From Candidatus Poribacteria bacterium (GTDB taxonomy: Bacteria; Poribacteria; WGA-4E; WGA-3G), in the NCBI GenBank assembly GCA_965198235.1, contig OZ240248.1:352001-416000 (forward strand): a stretch of 64,000 nucleotides of DNA. Direction: 5' to 3'. Positions 61,540 through 64,000 of the stretch are shown here, piece after piece. Numbering within the stretch: the first letter of the stretch is position 1; the number at the start of each line of letters is the position of its first letter. The notes below the pieces were generated by a model that searched no databases, was not told where the DNA came from, and saw only the letters and a program-made list of their open reading frames with translations. The position numbers and the translations under genes were made by a program.

Positions 61540-62584
61540 AATAAAACCCAAGGTACTACGTCCCGGTAGCCGTATCGCAGCGATTTCGCTCTCTTGGGGC
61601 GGTCCCGGCACTTTTCCCTACCGTTATGAGATAGGTAAACGTCAGTTTGAAGAAGAATTCGGCGTGACGGTTATCGAAACGGAACACGCCTTGCGCGATG
61701 CAGTCTGGCTTTCCAAGAACCCTAAAGCGCGTGCCGATGATTTGATGGCGGCTTTTACCGATAGAACAATTGACGGCATCATCTCAACAATCGGTGGTGA
61801 AGATTCAATTCGCACACTCCCATACCTCGATTTGGATCTGATTCGGAATAACCCCAAGGTTTTTATTGGATTTTCGGATACCACGATATCGCATGCTGCC
61901 TGTTTTAAAGCGGGTATCGTGTCGTTCTACGGTCCCTCGTTTATGGCGGGGTTTGCCGAGAACGGTGGGATGTTCACGTATATGGTGGATTCCGTCCGAC
62001 GTACCCTCTTTTCCACAGAACCCATTGGTATTATTGAACCGAACCGAGCGGGATGGACAGTTGAATATCTGTCGTGGGAGAATTCTGAAAACCAATCCAT
62101 TCGTCGAAAATTGGACCCGTGTACCGGCTGGAGGTTTCATCAGGAGGAAGGTGTCGTTGAAGGGCAGCTTTTTGGGGGCTGTGTTGAGGTTTTGGACTGG
62201 CTCCGAGGCACTGACTATTTTCCTTCTGCTACCGATCTTCGAGGTGCCGTTCTCTTCTTGGAGACATCCGAAGAGATGCCGCCGCCCTCATTTCTAACAA
62301 GGTTTGTGAGGTGTCTTGCAGCGATGGGTGTTCTCGAAGGACTTAGCGGTATAATGCTCGGACGACCTGGCGGAGGCGTTGATCCTGACACTTTCCACGA
62401 ATACGACGATGCGCTCTGTAAAGCGGTTCGTGAGGAATATGGGTTGAACGACATGCCGATTGTCACCAATATGGACTTCGGACACACCGATCCGATGTTC
62501 GTTATTCCCATGGGCATGAAGGTTCGTGTCGATTCTACGAAGCAGGAAATCGCCATTGATGAGGCAGCGGTTGTTAAAAACTGA
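61532..62584 (+). CDS. LD-carboxypeptidase, peptidase S66 (MccF-like)
   Basis: IGGEDS, GFSDTT, LETSEE, DFGHTDP. Confidence 0.93.
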   Translation: MDRIKPKVLRPGSRIAAISLSWGGPGTFPYRYEIGKRQFEEEFGVTVIETEHALRDAVWLSKNPKARADDLMAAFTDRTIDGIISTIGGEDSIRTLPYLDLDLIRNNPKVFIGFSDTTISHAACFKAGIVSFYGPSFMAGFAENGGMFTYMVDSVRRTLFSTEPIGIIEPNRAGWTVEYLSWENSENQSIRRKLDPCTGWRFHQEEGVVEGQLFGGCVEVLDWLRGTDYFPSATDLRGAVLFLETSEEMPPPSFLTRFVRCLAAMGVLEGLSGIMLGRPGGGVDPDTFHEYDDALCKAVREEYGLNDMPIVTNMDFGHTDPMFVIPMGMKVRVDSTKQEIAIDEAAVVKN

Positions 62585-62592
62585 TACAAAAA

Positions 62593-62816
62593 GTTAGCCA
62601 AGGCGGACAGCAATGCAACAACGGCGCATTGCGGATTCGACAAGACATCCGTACTCTGCCAAGAGGTTCTAATTGCACGCTTGGCATCCAATTAAAAAAG
62701 AGAAAAGAGGTCAGCCAAAGCATATAGCAATGCAACAACGGCGCATTGCGGATTCGACAAGACCCCTTCACTTTGCCAAGAGGTTCTGATTGCACGCTTG
62801 GCGCTAAATTAAAAAA
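62593..62816. repeat. Two tandem 117-bp structured repeats
   Basis: AGCAATGCAACAACGGCGCATTGCGGATTCGACAAGAC at 62609 and 62726. Confidence 0.9.
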
Positions 62817-64000
62817 TGAAAATCCTTTTCTTGTCTCCTACCGTGCCATATCCACTCACCGATGGCGGACGCATTCGGGTGTTTAACCTCCTCAAACAGA
62901 TTGCCGCGAAAAGCGATGTGACACTGCTCGTTTTGGAAACGCAATCGTCAGACGCGGAAGGAGTTGCACAGCTCCAGCAGTTAGGCATTCAGGTCCATCT
63001 TGTTCCAAACACACCGACACTTCCACGCGTGTCGCTTGGCACACTCCTTAAAGCGTTTCTCAGACGACAACCGATTACCGTTGTGCGCTACGATCTCCTA
63101 GCCTATCGCCAGAAGTTCAGAGAATTAATCGCAACTGAAACCTTTAATCTCGTCCATTATGAGATGTTTCACACGGCACAGTTCCATATAGAAACGCGCC
63201 TGCCGGGTGTGCTTTCACAACAGAACGTCGATTCTGCGATCTGGCGGCGGCTCTGTGGTGAAACCGTCAATCCGTTCTATAAGTTCGCATATTGGACACA
63301 GCAACTCGCATTTCAACGTTATGAACGGGTGCTAAGCCCGAAATTCGATGCGGTGACGTGTACCTCTGACATCGATGCCGCCGTGTTCCAGCAGCACTGT
63401 GCGAAAGACATTATTGAGATAATTCCGAACGGTGTTGATATTACACACTACCAGCCTGACTTTGCATCTGAGGTCCCAGCACATCTTATCTATATTGGGA
63501 GTATGGACTGGTACCCGAATGAGGACGCTGTCGGTTTCTTTGCGGATGAGGTCCTGCCACGAGTTCAGGAGAGTGTCCCCGATGTTAGATTTTCGATTGT
63601 CGGTGGAAATCCATCAACACGCGTCCAGAAGTTGGCGGAAAGAAAAGGGGTCGTTGTCACCGGACGTGTACCGGAGATCAAGCCCTATTTCGCTGAAGCG
63701 ACGGTTTTTGTCGTGCCGTTGCGGATCGGGAGCGGCACCCGTCTAAAAATCCTCGAAGCGTTGGCGATGGGCAAAGCGATTGTCTCTACCTCGGTCGGTG
63801 CCGAGGGTTTGGATCTCAAAGATAGCGAGGAAATCTTCATCGCTGACGAACCTACCGTCTTTGCCGATGCGGTCACCCGGTTGCTTACAGATGCACCACT
63901 TCGCCGTAGGGTCGGTGAAAATGGTCGTGCCCGCGTGGAGCAGGATTACGATTGGCGGAGTATCGGCGAGAAACTCCATTTGCTCTACACTAAGATTGGT
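62816..64000 (+). CDS. Glycosyltransferase family 4, truncated by the window end
   Basis: MKILFLSPTVPYPLTDGGRIR, IPNGVD, GSMDWYPN, GSGTRLKILEALAMG; no stop in window. Confidence 0.92.
   Translation, partial: MKILFLSPTVPYPLTDGGRIRVFNLLKQIAAKSDVTLLVLETQSSDAEGVAQLQQLGIQVHLVPNTPTLPRVSLGTLLKAFLRRQPITVVRYDLLAYRQKFRELIATETFNLVHYEMFHTAQFHIETRLPGVLSQQNVDSAIWRRLCGETVNPFYKFAYWTQQLAFQRYERVLSPKFDAVTCTSDIDAAVFQQHCAKDIIEIIPNGVDITHYQPDFASEVPAHLIYIGSMDWYPNEDAVGFFADEVLPRVQESVPDVRFSIVGGNPSTRVQKLAERKGVVVTGRVPEIKPYFAEATVFVVPLRIGSGTRLKILEALAMGKAIVSTSVGAEGLDLKDSEEIFIADEPTVFADAVTRLLTDAPLRRRVGENGRARVEQDYDWRSIGEKLHLLYTKIG

Noticed and set aside
62593-62816. Possible mini-CRISPR
   Set aside because: Only two units, and the intervening sequence is also conserved

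Overview
Bacterial genomic window, most likely Candidatus Poribacteria (inference from four PhyH dioxygenases, a sulfatase, TPR proteins and three secreted proteins ending in an L.V...KL..TW..(I/L)K tail). Housekeeping and metabolic genes (der, nfi, mazG, cimA, dacB, SOD, PduO-type adenosyltransferase, aminotransferases, GT4) alternate with two accessory regions. The first, about 4.2-21.3 kb, is a defence/mobile region: PLD-SNF2 helicase, an RNAP alpha-CTD protein, an Eco57I-like methyltransferase, an ABC-ATPase/PIN pair, an HTH-DprA fusion and two tnpB elements. The second, 37.6-41 kb, is a toxin-antitoxin/TPR locus. Intergenic DNA is dense in REP/MITE-like repeats. Highlights: (1) a compact pseudoknotted RNA of about 85 nt with several covarying helices, between a consensus promoter and the start codon of two divergent tnpB elements; (2) an ORF-less, self-promoted omega-RNA cassette inserted exactly between the RBS and ATG of an L-fuconate dehydratase gene; (3) a MazF/PemK toxin with a ~95-aa TPR insert, paired with a chimeric antitoxin with a duplicated tail; (4) an SH3b protein split by three copies of one module, one nested inside another; (5) an intergenic repeat inserted in frame in der. 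No rRNA, tRNA or CRISPR array was recognised. All calls are by eye; no searches were run.
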